A DNA stretch of 64,000 nt, from NCBI RefSeq assembly GCF_037042905.1, contig NC_087251.1:27902001-27966000 (forward strand). Direction: 5' to 3'. Both the position numbers and the translations under genes were made by a program. Below are positions 14,701 to 29,700 of this stretch, in pieces. Every line of letters starts with the position of its first letter. The stretch's first letter is position 1. The notes under the pieces are model-generated. The model did no database searches. It saw only the letters and a list, made by a program, of their open reading frames with translations, and had not been told where the DNA came from. Origin of the DNA: Lytechinus pictus (lineage: Eukaryota).

Positions 14701-17700
14701 AAAACTTCGGTTTGGAAATCAATTTCTTATGTATTTTATTGTTTTATGAATTTCTTATGTATTTCTTTGTTTTTCAACCTTTTGCTTTTCTTTGTTTTTT
14801 TCACCAGATTTATTGCACAACCTTTTTGAAGCATAATTATGCTAAAATCAATTGCTTTCAGCTGTTTGAAGTAAAAATAATCATATCTTTATGAATATGA
14901 TGAGAAAACTCAATTTACATTGACTTTGTACACAAAATTACATTTTGGAACAGTTTTTGGTCCGACATGCACTTACAAAATGTTGCGTAATTTCGGAACC
15001 GCGTACCCGGGCGTCGTAAATTTGGTCTCAAAAGATGTGCGAGACTTAACCCTCAATCTCCCGGGGTATTTTGATTCTTGTCAATCCCGGGGGGGGGGCC
15101 ATTATGGCCCCCCCTTAAGATCTCGGCCGCCGATTGCCTGAGCGACGCAAAAATTTGCACACTGGTAGTGTGCGATGTAATCTACAAGGCTGTATGGTAA
15201 AATTTTCCAAAATAATGAGATTTTATTTTATATGAATTAATTATGCTAATTTATGCATAAATCATACTTTTTGCTATAATTCACTAAATAAAGCTCCTAG
15301 AATGCTAATTTTTGGTAAAAAAATTCTTTGTAGCAATCTTAACAATCGCAATTAAAAAAACTTCGGTTCGGAAATCAATTTCTTATGTATTTTATTGTTT
15401 TATGAATTTCTTATGTATTTCTTTGTTTTTTTACTTTTTGTTTTTTATTGTTTTTTCAATGGAAATCATTCCAGACTTAGTTCTGATCATAAACAAGGCA
15501 AAATTAATTCAGTTTAATCAGTAAAAGTAGAAATAATGATACATTTATGAATTTTGGCTAAATACACAATTTGCATTGGATTTGTACATGAAATCACGTT
15601 TATGAGCAATTTTGGGTCTGACATGCACTTACATAATGTTGCGTAATGTCGTAACCGTGTACCCGGGCGTCACAAATTTGGTCTCAAAATTTGCGCGAGA
15701 CTTGAAAGTAAAAAGTCAGTGAGCGGCGAGGTCAAAAAAATTTGCGCAGCAGATATATCGCGAAAATTGTCAAGGGGGGGGCCATTATGGCCCCCCCCCC
15801 GGGAGAATTAGGGTTAAAAGTATAAACTCTGCGAGTGGCGCGGTCAAAAAATTTCGCGCGGCGGAATGATCGCAGAAAATGTTGAGGGGGGGGGTTGATT
15901 CAACCCCCCCCCCCCGGCCATTTTAGGGTTAAAGTTAATAGCATATTTAGTATTCTGTGCTTTGCAGGACTTTTTTTTAACATAAATTGAAATGCAGGGT
16001 CACAGGGTATGTCACCCTCTGGATGTTGAAAGTCTGGGCTTCAAAACCTGGTCATGGCCATTGTGCTCCTCAGCAAGGCATTTATTTACATTGTTCTTTC
16101 ATGTCTTTTGGAATGTGGCATTAAAGGACCAATATGTGTAATCATATATCTGATTGATATGCCTTTATTAAAAACCCAAAATATGCATACACTCTTGAAA
16201 TTGCCTAAAGACCAATCATTGAAAATAGGCTGCAGAAATACTCAAAACTTTGCAATAAACTGATTACGCAAAAGCAAGTCTCCGATAAATAATATTTTAA
16301 TGGTAACCCTCCCATAGTCACAATGAATCCAACTTTAGTTGATATGCTAGGAATGGTTGATTTCAATTTTGATGGACAGAGCAGTGTTGCCAAGACCCAA
16401 TATTGCCAGGGAGACTCCAAAAAATCAAATGAATTAATTCTCTTTTTTTTCCACATATCTCAATGATTCATTCATTAATTCCATTGAATTGTGTATAATA
16501 GATGAAGGTATCCCCCTATTTTCTCTGAAGGTTAATAATTAATTAGCAGCTTTCATAAGAGAATTACTGCATTCACTTGATTTTAATGATCCTTTTCTCA
16601 TTTAATTTGACCTTTGACATTTAGGGTTGACTCTTGATCAGGTGGATACATTATGGTCATGTTTAGCCTTGGATTCTGACTGTTCTGATGAGGCTCTCAA
16701 CTGGTTCTTACAACAAGCTAACAACAAGGACCAGCATGCACTAGGATTAGAGAACTTCAAGCATATATTCTTCCACAAGGTATGGTTAGATTCATAATCC
16801 TATCTGTGTCAGTTGTTTCCCCTTCAAAAACATGTTCAAAAGTGAAGGTGACAAATACCACATTACGTGAATACAGTTGACAAGGTTAGCACATGTCGAG
16901 GGTTAGAAACTTTTCTTCCACGACGTAGGGTTGGATTTATAATTTCCCCCCTACAAATCAAGGTAAAGGCTGGAATTTCGTGCACTCTATGCAGAGTTGG
17001 TAACACTAGCATGTTTTGGGGTTAGTTGGGAAAATTACAGGAATGCACAGAGTTCAAATATTCTTATACTTTTAGCATTGGATATCATAAAAGGGATGAA
17101 AGTTTACTTTTTAACCAACAATCTTTTTTCTTTCCAACTCAGATGCCGCAGCTAGAACCAGATAGCATTAGTATGACCGGACTAAACCTTTTCCAGCAGC
17201 TGTGTAGTTTAGCTAGATTAGCTAGCTCTGCTTCCTACAACAGTCCATCCGTAGAGGTAATGTACAATCACTAATCTAAAAATGTATAAAATCTTAGCCT
17301 GTAGAGCCTGACTGATCATGTTTTCTCATGTATCTGCTTTAGCCTCTACCCCACGTATATCTGTTCTCTGTCTCCGATCTGTTGACAATTTGTCCAGTGT
17401 ATTATTATGATACCCATGACTGCATGAATGTGTTCAATGGTGGTGTGAGCAACATAATACATAAAATTTACTCTGAGAGTAAAATGAAAATCAGATGAAA
17501 ACAATCATTTTTAATTAAATAAAAGAAAAATATTCGGGTTGTTATAGGAATGCACAATATTACAGTGTACAATGTCTATTGAATTGGACAATCAATACAA
17601 ATGAACGGTCACTATTTCTATCTTTTATTTGTTTTTTTTCGTTTCAGATGCCAGGTATAGATCATTTGTGGAAGATTGCACTTAGAGCAAAGAACACAGA

Positions 17701-20700
17701 TGTTAGTCTTTCAGCAATCCAGTACATCAATTCATATTACATCAACGGTAAGCTAAAGACCGTTAATCTTAGATTACAAGTGTTCATGATACTGGATGTA
17801 TGTGAAGATTGGCACAAATGTAAAGGGTTCCAAGGAGAAAGGCTTGAAAGGCCATTATTCTTTATGATCTTTCACAACTACCATTCTAGTGGTTCTGCCT
17901 AGCCGAACCACACAATGTGGAGATCGGGCTTTAATGGGGTGTTGCAAGAAACTTGCAATCGATTGCAAGTCAATTTTTGGTCCCTAAATCAATCATATGT
18001 CTTGCAGTTAATTGCAAATTAGTTATTGATTGCTAATTTGCTCCTTGAAACAAGAAGTTTAATCTGATTTGCTACAGCTAACGTTGATCTATCAGTTGTA
18101 AAATTGCAAGAGAATATTTGCAATTGATCGCAAATATTTTCTTGCAACACCCCCTAGGGGGTGTGGCCCCAGTTGTGTGCAACAGACTTACCATCAACAT
18201 CAGAAATATAAGCAGTCTTAGGATGTTCTAATTAAGCATCAAGCATTATCTTTTCTTACAGGAATATTTAGTAGTCCTAATATTTTCTTCATATTTATGT
18301 TATGGTTATGATTATGATTATGTTCCTTGTTATTGCTTCTTGTATGTGATGATAATAATTGTTAGGACATATTTTTCTGTGTTTATTTCAGCTGGTAATG
18401 GTACCCTTGAGAAGGAAGAAGAGTTTATTGAGAGATGCATGGAAAGTTTATCCCAAGCATCGGCTGATCTTGACTCTTCTCTCGATGCTAGTCTCCTGGT
18501 CTTACAGAGAGGGCTCATTCTACTTAAAACTCACCTTGAAGCTTTCAGAAAAAGGTAATCATAATCAGTATATTCCACTATCATTATTACGCAAAGGATT
18601 CTTGTACTTTAGAGTATGAACCCATATCTGCATCCTTTCTCCGATAAATTTAAACTTTGTTAGCAGTTTTCTTCACATCTAGTGTACTGTTTTGTGTAAT
18701 CTGCGAAATGGTGAATTCCAGATTCCACTGTGGAAAGGTGACCTCATTTGAGGAAAGAAATTCAAGTTCAATCCCAAATCAATTACAACTCCTTTGATTT
18801 AATGCAAATTGAATTCACTTACCCAAGCGCCTTAGTCAAAGACTCCAAACTATCCAGAATTCTGCAGCTCGACTCGTTACTCGTACAAAGAAACATGATC
18901 ACATATCCCCTGTCTTACAGCATTTACATTTGTTACCAGTCCAGTTTCGAATCCAATTTCAGATTTTGTTATTAGTATATCAATGTTTCTATGGACTTGC
19001 TCCTTCATACTTAAATGATTTAGTCACTGTGTATAAGCCAACATGTAATTTACGTTCACAATGCATGAATTTATTAGTTGTACCTCAAATATCAACAAAA
19101 TCTTATGGCGAACGTTCATTTGCTCATGCAGTCCCTGTTTTATGGAACAAACTCCCAAATTCCCTGAAAAAGATTGATTCTGTCAAAAAATTTAAAACAG
19201 GTCTTGAGACATACTTATTTAAATTGTACCTACATGTAGCTTCAACAAAATGAACTCATCAACACTTCTCTTCCTCTCCTATGTTTTCTCAAGCGCATAG
19301 AGACTATTTGTTATGTGCTATGCACTTTATAAAAACTGACCATTATTATTATTATTAGTAAATTTACTGTTGATTTCTTATTTATTGCCACTCAACTTTC
19401 TTGCAATACCCCAATTGTGCTTGATTTCAGGGACTGTGCTTCATCTGCAATTGGAACATAATTTTTTTTTGCAACACCCTATTAGAGAAACTCTACCATT
19501 AAGAAATGCCTTTAGCAACCTGAGCATGCAACTTTGATTTCCAACTACTCAACCTTAAGCAACTGATAGCAGTAAATGGATATTGTTTTCATGAGGTCCA
19601 TGTAAAATAGCCTCACTGTAAACTCAATTTTTAAGATACCAGTCTAGCCATCAGGGGCTTTTGAGGGCTGGGGGATGCAAGATTGAAGTCTCCATTTAGA
19701 TGCTTGCCGGGAATGGTAGCTTTTATCTACACAAATAGGATTTTAACTTAATCTGAAGGGAATCGCAGTTATTGAGAATCTTATTTAGAATCCAAGAGAG
19801 GATCACCAGTCTGTTTTAAAGTCCTCAGTAACTTACAAACAGCTTTGTGAAATGATCTCTATATTTGTGATGATTCTTCCTCCAGGTATGCTTACCATCT
19901 ACGTCAATGGCAGCTGGAGGGGTGTGGTATTGTCAGCCATCAGAAACATCTACTCGACAGTCAGGCAGCTACCATTAGAATCCTATGCCAAATAGCATCT
20001 GTGCCAGAGAAGGTAGGTCTGGGACCAGTTTCGTAAAAGGATACTTTTATTGTAACTTTGTAATTATGGCAGCTACCATGGAAACATTGATTGTGATTGG
20101 CTGCTGAGCCCTGTTTCCATGGTAGCTGCCATGATGGCAAAGTTACAACATTTGCAATTCCTTTATGAAGCAAGACACTGATGTGTTTAAAACAAAAAGT
20201 GTAGTGATTGATAGTACAATTGATTTTAATGATTGATTGTGCATTGTGGACCATGCAAACTGCAATATGCCTTCCGAATTTAAATCCCATAGTTTATTTT
20301 CCTTTCAATGTATAATTTTTTTTCTCATTGATATTAGATCATATATGCATCCTCATACTACTAGAAATATACATTCTATATCATTTCTTAACAGACTAGT
20401 ATATCATAAACTGAGAAACTTATTATTTATTAAGTTTTGTCTATTCCTTTGTATTGGTCACCACTTATTTGATATTAATATTGATATTTATTATTATATA
20501 ATCTTTCTTTGTAACAGTTCACCATTGAGATGAATGTGGCTGACCTTGTCGCTGACCTGAGGGCAGAGGTCACCCATTTCTGCAGTAACGTCCTACAGCA
20601 GCAGTCCAGCGACAACAACGGCCAGATGGCATCGCTCTATGCAACCTCTGTACCCGATGACAAGAGCGGGGGTTCAGATCCCCAGCAGCCACAGCCGCAG

Positions 20701-23700
20701 GGAGATGACCAGGGACTGTCGTCCATCATTCCTGGTCCTGTCAGGATGTTGTCCGCAGGACATGAGCTGATACCAGATCTTGATGAGAAGACCTTGAAAG
20801 AAATGAGTTTCAGTGATGCAAGGGTAAGGAGGTCTTATGATTATTATGTAATAGCAGTGATAGTGATAATGGAAAGGTGATGACTAAGGTGTGTCGTCCA
20901 TCATTCCTGGACCGGTCAGGATGTTATTGGCAGAGCACGAGCTGATACCAGATCTTGATGAGAAGACCTTGAAAGAAATGAGTTTCAGTGATGCAAGGGT
21001 AAGGAGGTCTTAAGATTATTATGTAATAGCAGTGATAGTGATAATAGAAAGGTGATGACTGAGGTGTGTCGTCCATCATTCCTGGACCGGTCAGGATGTT
21101 ATTGGCAGAGCACGAGCTGATACCAGATCTTGATGAGAAGACCTTGAAAGAAATGAGTTTCAGTGATGCAAGGGTAAGGAGTCATTATGATAATCATGTA
21201 ATATGACAAGCATTCTCTTAGCTATGTAATGTATTCAAGCTGTAGTACTAATCACAGAATGAATTCTAGAAGATTCCAATGAAAATACCAACAGGTATGT
21301 ATGAATAAGTTTTATGTTCCAAATGATTCTGGTAAGAATCGAGTTCAGTAATCATCAAATATGACAAGTTTCAGTCTCAAAGTACTAGTAAAATTCTTCA
21401 TTAATTGTTCTTTTGTTTGTCTTCAGGTGGTGTTTGTATCATTTGGTGCCATGAGGAGAGAGCGTAAGCGTGAAGGGGCCGATCAACCGGCGTCGTGCTT
21501 GCCTCCACCTCCACGAGAGAAACTACCCATGATGCTCTTGCTAGAAGAGCCCCATTTCAGCTGCCTCTTCCATCTTCTTCAGCAACTGAATGAACTCAAA
21601 TGTGATGGCAAACAGGTAAAGTATATTAACCTGTTGAAGACTGAGGTTGCATATATGTGGGCAAGGGTCTATGGAAATTAATGTTATAGCATGATCATCC
21701 AGTTTCCGATAGGTTTAGGTTAATGACCTAGTCCACTCCAACATCCAGTTGATACAAATAAAAAGAGAAGAAAAAATCATTCATTGGAAAATTTATATTT
21801 CATCAAAATCGGATGTATACTAAGAAAGTTATGGCATTTGAAAATTTTGCTTTCATATACAATAAATGAGGGAGCCGATGGCATGCATGTCACAGTCACA
21901 ATTCATATTTCGTATTTTATATGACATATGAAATATTTCATTCCCCCCACCTCCCACCAATAACTCAGACAATGTTTCTTCATCGAACAGATGAAATTGC
22001 CTTGGTTTTAAGTGTTTAATGATTCAGTCATTCTTTCTGTACACCTTGTTCAGGAGGAAGAGTCCGAAAGAGACCTTGAGAGCCGAGCACAGATGCTGTC
22101 AAGGAATGTTTGGGATCTTCTAATGCTCTTACCTACCAGCCCTGATGTACTCAACGGCTTCAAGACCTTACCTGCTATCAAGGTTCGGGAATATTCTTGT
22201 ATACCCCTCTTGTGTTATCTTTGCTCTATTTTGATTATATGGCATTTTCAAAATCAGGTAATAATAATTATGCTTAATAATGCACGGACAAATATCAGAA
22301 GCATGTTTTATTTTTTAAGTGAGAAAATTTCATCTCAAGCAGGAGATGCACAGATCCTACATCCACAGATTAAGCAGGGGAAATTCCAAGTCAAATGCGA
22401 TAACTGGAGATTTCACCAAAAAGCATCAAAGCTGGAGATATGGGGATCTGCATTTCTCAAAAGGACTATGACAAAACTATCATGTTTTGGGGGCTTTTCA
22501 TAGTTAGATTATTTCATACTGATGAACACCCCAGTTGAGATGGGCCTTGAACAATACTAAAGAAACACATATAATTATTATGCTTAGCTCAACCCCAGCA
22601 AAGCAAAGGCAGTGGTCAGCAAGACCAAGGCATCTCAGTCATCAAAGAATGGAGATGACAAGGAGGATTTAAATGGGACGCCCTCTGGAGGTGAACTCGC
22701 ACCAGTAGACTGGGGCAAACTGCTGACAGAAAACAAGCCCCACAAGCTTCTCTACTCCCTTCAAATCATCGAGGCCCTTGGGCAACCTAGCAAGAAACAG
22801 CGTAGCAAATCTGTGGTAGGTCTCCTTTTATTTTAAGATAGACGTTTTAATTTTTTCTCAATTCCATATCATTTATTAGAATATTTGCCAAGACATAAAG
22901 AAATACCTAAGTCATGATCTATGTAGGAAAGAAAGAAAAGTTCTCATTTATCTAAATTTTTACTTGATCTATAACAATTTATATCTTTCACCTGCAAATC
23001 TAGACATTTTACATTCTTATGTATCTGAAAGAGTCTTAAGCAGTGATTCCAACATAATTTATTGAAGATTTATCTATTATCATACCAATAATGGTAAAAG
23101 ATGAACAACATATTATTGCAAAACAATTCAATGAACATCATATAGTAAGTGTACCAGTTTGGTAAGGTGTCCTCTGGGAGGACTTGCCCCTATGTTGCCT
23201 GTTGCAGAAAGAGTTGTGTTTAAACTGAACTGGATAAAAATCAAGTGCAAATCGAAGATAATGCTTATGATTGGTTAAAAATAAGGTTATGTTTGATTTC
23301 TTGAGATGTGTTTGATTGCAACCATTTTTTAAACATGCTCTTAGGAACTTTTACTCAGGGGGAGATGGCATCCAGGAGCTTTTTCCATGTGGGAATCAAA
23401 TCTGGGAGAGGAGAAGGGGGGGGGGATGTCCTGTTACTCTTGATGAAATTCATTGCCTCATCTTGTATGTATTTCTTACTGATTTCATTAGGCTTCTCTA
23501 GGATCCAGTGAGCACTCCTCCAGCATGGCAGATATGGCAGCAATGAAGGTAAAAAAGGTCAGGAAAATTTTGTTGTCTTAGATAGATTTTTTTTCTTCAA
23601 ATTTTCAATTATTTTCAACATTCTCCTAGAGAGATCTGAAGAGATTATTTTCAGTCAATTGCATGTTGATTGGTAAAATTTGCAATTTTGATTACAGAAA

Positions 23701-26700
23701 ACCATATTTTATATAGCGATCAAAAGCAAATTTGCAAGTTCCTTGCAGTGCCTACTAAATTTTGTTCTAAAGATCAATAATTAATATGTGGTTGTTATTT
23801 CAGTGCTTAAAACTAATTATGAGACTTATTCAGTGGTACGCACCCCTCCCCCCCAAAAAAAAAAATATATATGTATATATAATAATGATAATAATGAATA
23901 AATGAATAAAAAGATAAAATAAAATAATAAATAAATTATTAAACCACAAATTAATATCATAGTTATGAATTAAAGTTTACAGAATAGCTTTGTATGCCTG
24001 TGTCATTATCACAGATGGTGATGTGCACTGTCACTCACTTGCTACCATAAACTGAACTCTTAACATATCAAATGCCATAGTTGAAAATCAGCATCACATA
24101 GCACATATAATTCCTATAGAGAGCCACAATTTCTGAGACATAAAGAGAGTTAAGCCTTACACTTCACCTTTTAACTAAGTATTTTACATGTGTGACCCTC
24201 AGTTTAGAAAGAAAAAACTATTGATTTGATTTTGATTTGATTTATTTATTTCCGTTTTACAATTGTACATAATATGATGAACATAACATAGCAAGGTCAA
24301 AAATACTACCAGACAAAATATAATTTATATAACATATTCATAAATTTAAGGAACATAATTCAGTAAATAAAGATATCTCAAATGACATTTGTATTTAAAG
24401 TAAAACGGAGGGACTTGCCGAAAAAAGCAAAGCTTGTACAAGAGGCAAGCCCCTTTCTTAGTTCCATTACAAAATTACAACAAATAAATATTGGGTCTAA
24501 ATAATAACTTTGTTTAAAAATAAATACAAACAATTTTATGCACTTGACAAAAACGTAACTGATGGATTGTGTGAGAGAATATTAAGTTTTACAATATTAT
24601 AAGAGAGGGGGAGAAGACAGGAGGGAAAGAGGGGTGCAGTACAGTAAGTAGAAAGAAAGAAGAAGGCGGGCAGCAGGAGCAGGTACTTTGGCTAATTGCA
24701 ATTTTAAGAAGAAAAAATAAAACAAATAATATACATGACTTGTGTACATAATATGGGCGCATGTACACAAAAGTCGAGTATAATTAAATTAGTTGTTCAC
24801 AGCTTGACCTGTTTGCAGCGAGTATTGCAGAATTAACATTTTTTTCAGTTTGCGTTTAAAAATATTTACGTTGGGGGATTCTTTGAAATCTTGAGGCAGA
24901 GAGTTCCAGTAGGCAGGCCCGGAGAAGACAAATGAATTCTTTGCAAATAGAGTTCTTGTTAAAGGAAGATGATAATATTGTCGTTGCCTTGTTGGGTAGC
25001 AGTGTACGGATGCATTTTTACGGAACATTTTAGAGAAAATGGCGGGGAGGTCGTCCTTGCTTAATTTGAACATAAATTGACTAAGTTCGAAAAGATATAT
25101 GTCACTTACTTTAAGAATGTTATTTTCAAAAAATAAGATATCAGTATGTGATCTAAAGTGTGTTTGAAAAATTATTCTTAGAGCTTTTTTCTGGAGAAGT
25201 AATATTCTATTTAGTTGTGTTTGTATTGCACATCCCCAGGCAATAATTCCAGAATTAATATATGGTAGAATAAGGGTGTAATATAATGTTAACAAAGTGC
25301 GGGAAGGGAGAAAATGTTTGAGTTTATTAATAATTCCAATGTTTCTAGAAATTGTTTTACATATACTATCGATATGAGGCTTCCAGGATAATTTGTCGTC
25401 AATAAGGACACCCAAGAATCTTGTAGTGGAAACATTATTAAGAACGAAATTGTCAAAGAAAATACTGTCAGGTAGAGTATTGATTTTATTACTGAAAAGC
25501 ATGTAGTTTGTCTTCTGGTGATTAAGCGAAAGTTTGTTGGCCTTGATCCAATCTGTAACATTTGTTAGTTCAAAATTTACGATTCTAACGAGTTGATTAA
25601 TATCATCGTGTGAAAAGAAAATATTGGAGTCATCAGCAAAAAGTATAAATGAAAGTAAATTTGATGTATTTTTAATATCATTGATGTAAGTAATGAAGAG
25701 AAGTGGGCCTAGCAGGCTACCCTGGGGGACACCACACGTAATTGGTAGAGTAGTCGAATTGCTATTATTCACTGATACGAACTGTGTCCTATCAGTGAGG
25801 TAACTCCTGAACCACTCCAAGGCCTTCCCTCTAACTCCATAATGACACAGTTTATGAAGGAGAATTTCATGATTTATAGTGTCGAAGGCCTTGGAGAAGT
25901 CCAGGAAAATACCGACAGTATGACAACTATTATCGATGGAAGTGGTGACTTTATTAATAAATGACAAAATTGCATGGGAAGTACTATGGTTTTTACGGAA
26001 TCCAAATTGGAAGTTTGAAAAAATGTTGTGTAATTTGAAAAAATCACTTGTTCTGATATGGACAAGTTTTTCTAAAATTTTAGATAATGAAGTTAGTAAG
26101 GATATTGGACGATAGTTGGAAACGAGTTGGCTATCACCTTTTTTGAAAAGTGGGATGACTTTGGAGATTTTCATTTTATTGGGGACCCGTCCAGTGCTAA
26201 GAGAGATATTAAAGATATGTACTAATGGATCAACGATGGCTGTAATGATTTTTTTTAGAAGAAAGTTGGGTATACCGTCATACCCCGGGCTTTTCTTATT
26301 TTGTAGATTGCTAACAATATTTATGATTTCCATCGAATTAGTAGGATTAAAAAACATGGAATTGGGGTTGGGGTCATCAAGGAAATCAGAAAAGGATTTG
26401 TTAGTTCGAGGTATATTTTTAGCCAAGTTGTTGCCAACATTTGAAAAATATGAATTGAACTCTCGTGTGATTATATTAGTGTCGTCTGTAATAGTATTGT
26501 TTGATTTTATTTTTGTGATTGTAGAGCTTTTTTTCTTTTTGTTGAGTACATTATTAATAATCTTCCAAGTATTTTTCATATCATTTTTGTAAATGTTTAA
26601 TTGGGAAGTGTAGTATTCCTTTTTGGCTATACGTAATAAAGTGGTAAGGGTGTTTTTATAACAAGTGTACTTAGAACGAGAGTTTTCGCTTGGTTTAGAA

Positions 26701-29700
26701 ATGTATTTATAATACAGATTATTTTTACGGTTAATAGATCGTAAGATAGATTTAGTAATCCACGGATGTATTGGGATTTTTTTATAATTTGACTTTCGGT
26801 TGATGATAAGAGGGACGTGGGTGTCTAGAGAATATGTTAATTTGGTAATAAAAGAGTCGTAAGCTACATCAACCTCTGTGGAGTCAAAAATGGTCGACCA
26901 GTCTGTATTGTCTAAATCATTAATTAAATAGGAAATGTTATCATCGGTTATTTTACGATAGGAAGTATTATATGATTCATTCTTAAATATTTTACTTTTA
27001 GACAACTTCGCAAAAATTGAAAAGTGATCAGAAATATCGCTAAGGACTATACCAGCTTGGGGGGTAGGATATGTTACATTACTAAAAATATTATCTATAA
27101 TAGTTGCAGAAGTGTTAGTTACTCTCGTTGGTTTAGTAATTAGTGGTAGGAAGGAATTAGTAAGAAACGTTTCGAGAAACTCTTGCGAGATATTGTTAGT
27201 GTTGCAATTCATTAAATTGATGTTGAAATCCCCCATAAAAAAACAATCTTTGTTTTTCAGAAAAGGATTGAGTAAAAAGTCATTGAGGGTTTCCAGAAAA
27301 TGTTGAGTATTTGAATTTGGAGGTCGGTATAAAACTCCCAGTATCAGATTTTTTCCTTTTGGATTGATGATTTCAACAAAGAGTGATTCTAGAGCGTCAT
27401 TGGATAGAGTCATATTACTTATAAGATTATATTCGTATTGCTGGGGTATATAAAGTGCAACACCGCCACCGGGTCTAAGAGTTCTGTTATTAACAACTAG
27501 ATTAAAATCAGAGAGTTCAAAAAGAGAGCAAGGATTTTCCGCGAACCACGTTTCAGTTAATCCAATGATTGAATGTTTCGGAAACTGATTATTATCAAGA
27601 AATAATTTTAACTTATCGAAATTTTTCTTGGCACTACGAATATTTAGATGGAGAAGAAAAATATCTTCTTCAAGACTGCTAGAATTAATTAAAGATTTAA
27701 AATGTTGTTCTGTAAAATACTGTGAAGTAATAATCTGTCCACATGGGTCATTTGGGTCAAAGTTTGAGTTAAGATCAGCGGTATTATCATTCAGGTAGTT
27801 TTTTATGTAAGTATCAAAATAGGGGTTTTCTGACGAAGCGCCGCGTTGCGATGAAAGGGACAACAGGTCATCGTTGCATAACGAGCTGAATGGAAAGTCA
27901 GACAAGTCAGCCGTCGGAGCCGGGAAGAATCACACTAGTTACGCTAAAAGAGTAGACACGCCGCCATGCTCCCGCTCCTGTTGCTGTGCAAGAAGAGGGA
28001 AACGGAAGGAACGAAAGTATGCTGTGCAAGAGAAATAGACAATACAAGTTTAAAGGAAGAAAAGTAAAATGGGAAGATAAGAGATAAGAAATCCGAACCA
28101 GACCAGATACGAGAACGATCATTACTAATGTACTACGAGAATGAAAAAAATAAATAATAATAATAATGAATAAATAAATAAAGAAAGAAAGAAAAAAGAA
28201 AGAAAAACAAAATAAATAAAAAACAGATGTAATTGAAAATGCTACAGACAAACCCACGTGATGAGGTGGAAATAAGAATTTTTTGCATTTCTCCCTTAGA
28301 AATGATAAAATCGTTGATTATACCTTATGAAAACGATAACAAATCAGTTAGCAGGTGTTCGATGAGCAGTTTAAAAACCAGTTGCTTAAACAGTTAAAAC
28401 GTTCTCCATTATTTTTGCATAACGCTGTCCATCACGAAAGCCCCACAGTTTTTCTGTTTAAGTGTATAAAGTCTTGAATAACAAAGTTTACTTTCTTATA
28501 TTTATCAACAGGAAACAACGAATGAAAATATCATATAGCAAATATGCACTATTTAACATAAATCAAAACATCGCTTTTACTTAGTAGTTATGATTTTAAT
28601 AAGAATTATCCTCTTTCAGCAATCAGTGGCTTATTATGTTAAATAAATAACATGAAGTTAAGAACTCCAAGTTATTACAATTATTTACCTGTATACAAAT
28701 ATCAGTATAGAGCAAGACCAGAATAAGTTGTGTTGGTAACGTTGCAATCAGTATAACAAAGTATAGGAAGTCTGATTTATGCTTCCAGACCCGCAAAAAC
28801 GTACTTTCACACTTTTTGAATAGCGTGCGAATTGACAAGAAATTTAATATAGTATGTAATAATATATTTTGATGAGTAATTTTGGATACAATACAACCAA
28901 GGTGATAGTAATTCAAACCAGATTCGTTTTCGAGGGGGGGGGGGTCTCATCCAGTTACTAAACGCTTTCCAAGCGCTGTCGTGTTATGCAACAATTGGAG
29001 TTCAACCTTTTCGTTGTTATGCAATTGCCACTGGTCAGAAATGAGTCCGTTGAATTCCAAACTATACAGTGCACCAATAATGATTGGAAGTTTAAACAAG
29101 TATATGGGCTACTTCGATCGTAATGCAGTATGGCAATTGGTGAATGCTGCAGCTGACACAATGTAAAAATGCTTGAGAATCTGGAGCAGGCTAAGATGCC
29201 CAGTAAAATTGCTATCTCTATATAGAGAAATATGTAGTGAAAGCGATAATAGATTAAAAATTTCGTTTATCTAGATTGTAAGCATTGTAATAAAATGCAA
29301 GAAAAGCATGCAACATTGGGAGCTGTCACATTCATCCAAGAAACCATCTGCACCTCCGAGCAACCGTTTGTCTAAAAATAATAAGGGTACACGGAAAGCA
29401 TTCAGCTGACTCGATTGGTATTGCGATTTAACTCAAGTAATTGCATACGTTAGTCGGATGGATATACATGTTGTCATAACAGAAGGATGCAAGGCTTAAC
29501 AAGTTTCAACCAAGGAAGGGCAATTCTTGATAAAAAAAAATGTTTGCTAGCACCAAGTTCAGATTGTCATTGGTTATGCAACTATAGATGTACGAAACCT
29601 ACATGCATCAATTAATGTTGGGTCGTTGATCGGGGATCAAGCGTTGCGTGTCGAGAACTGTTCGCTATGTACAATTTGAAATACTCATGAGTTAAATTGT

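Noticed and set aside
26116..26592. Plus-strand ORFs within the LINE
   Set aside because: Antisense shadows of ORF2.
27907..28257. 116-aa ORF as LINE ORF1
   Set aside because: Low-complexity T-rich translation with no recognisable ORF1 domain.
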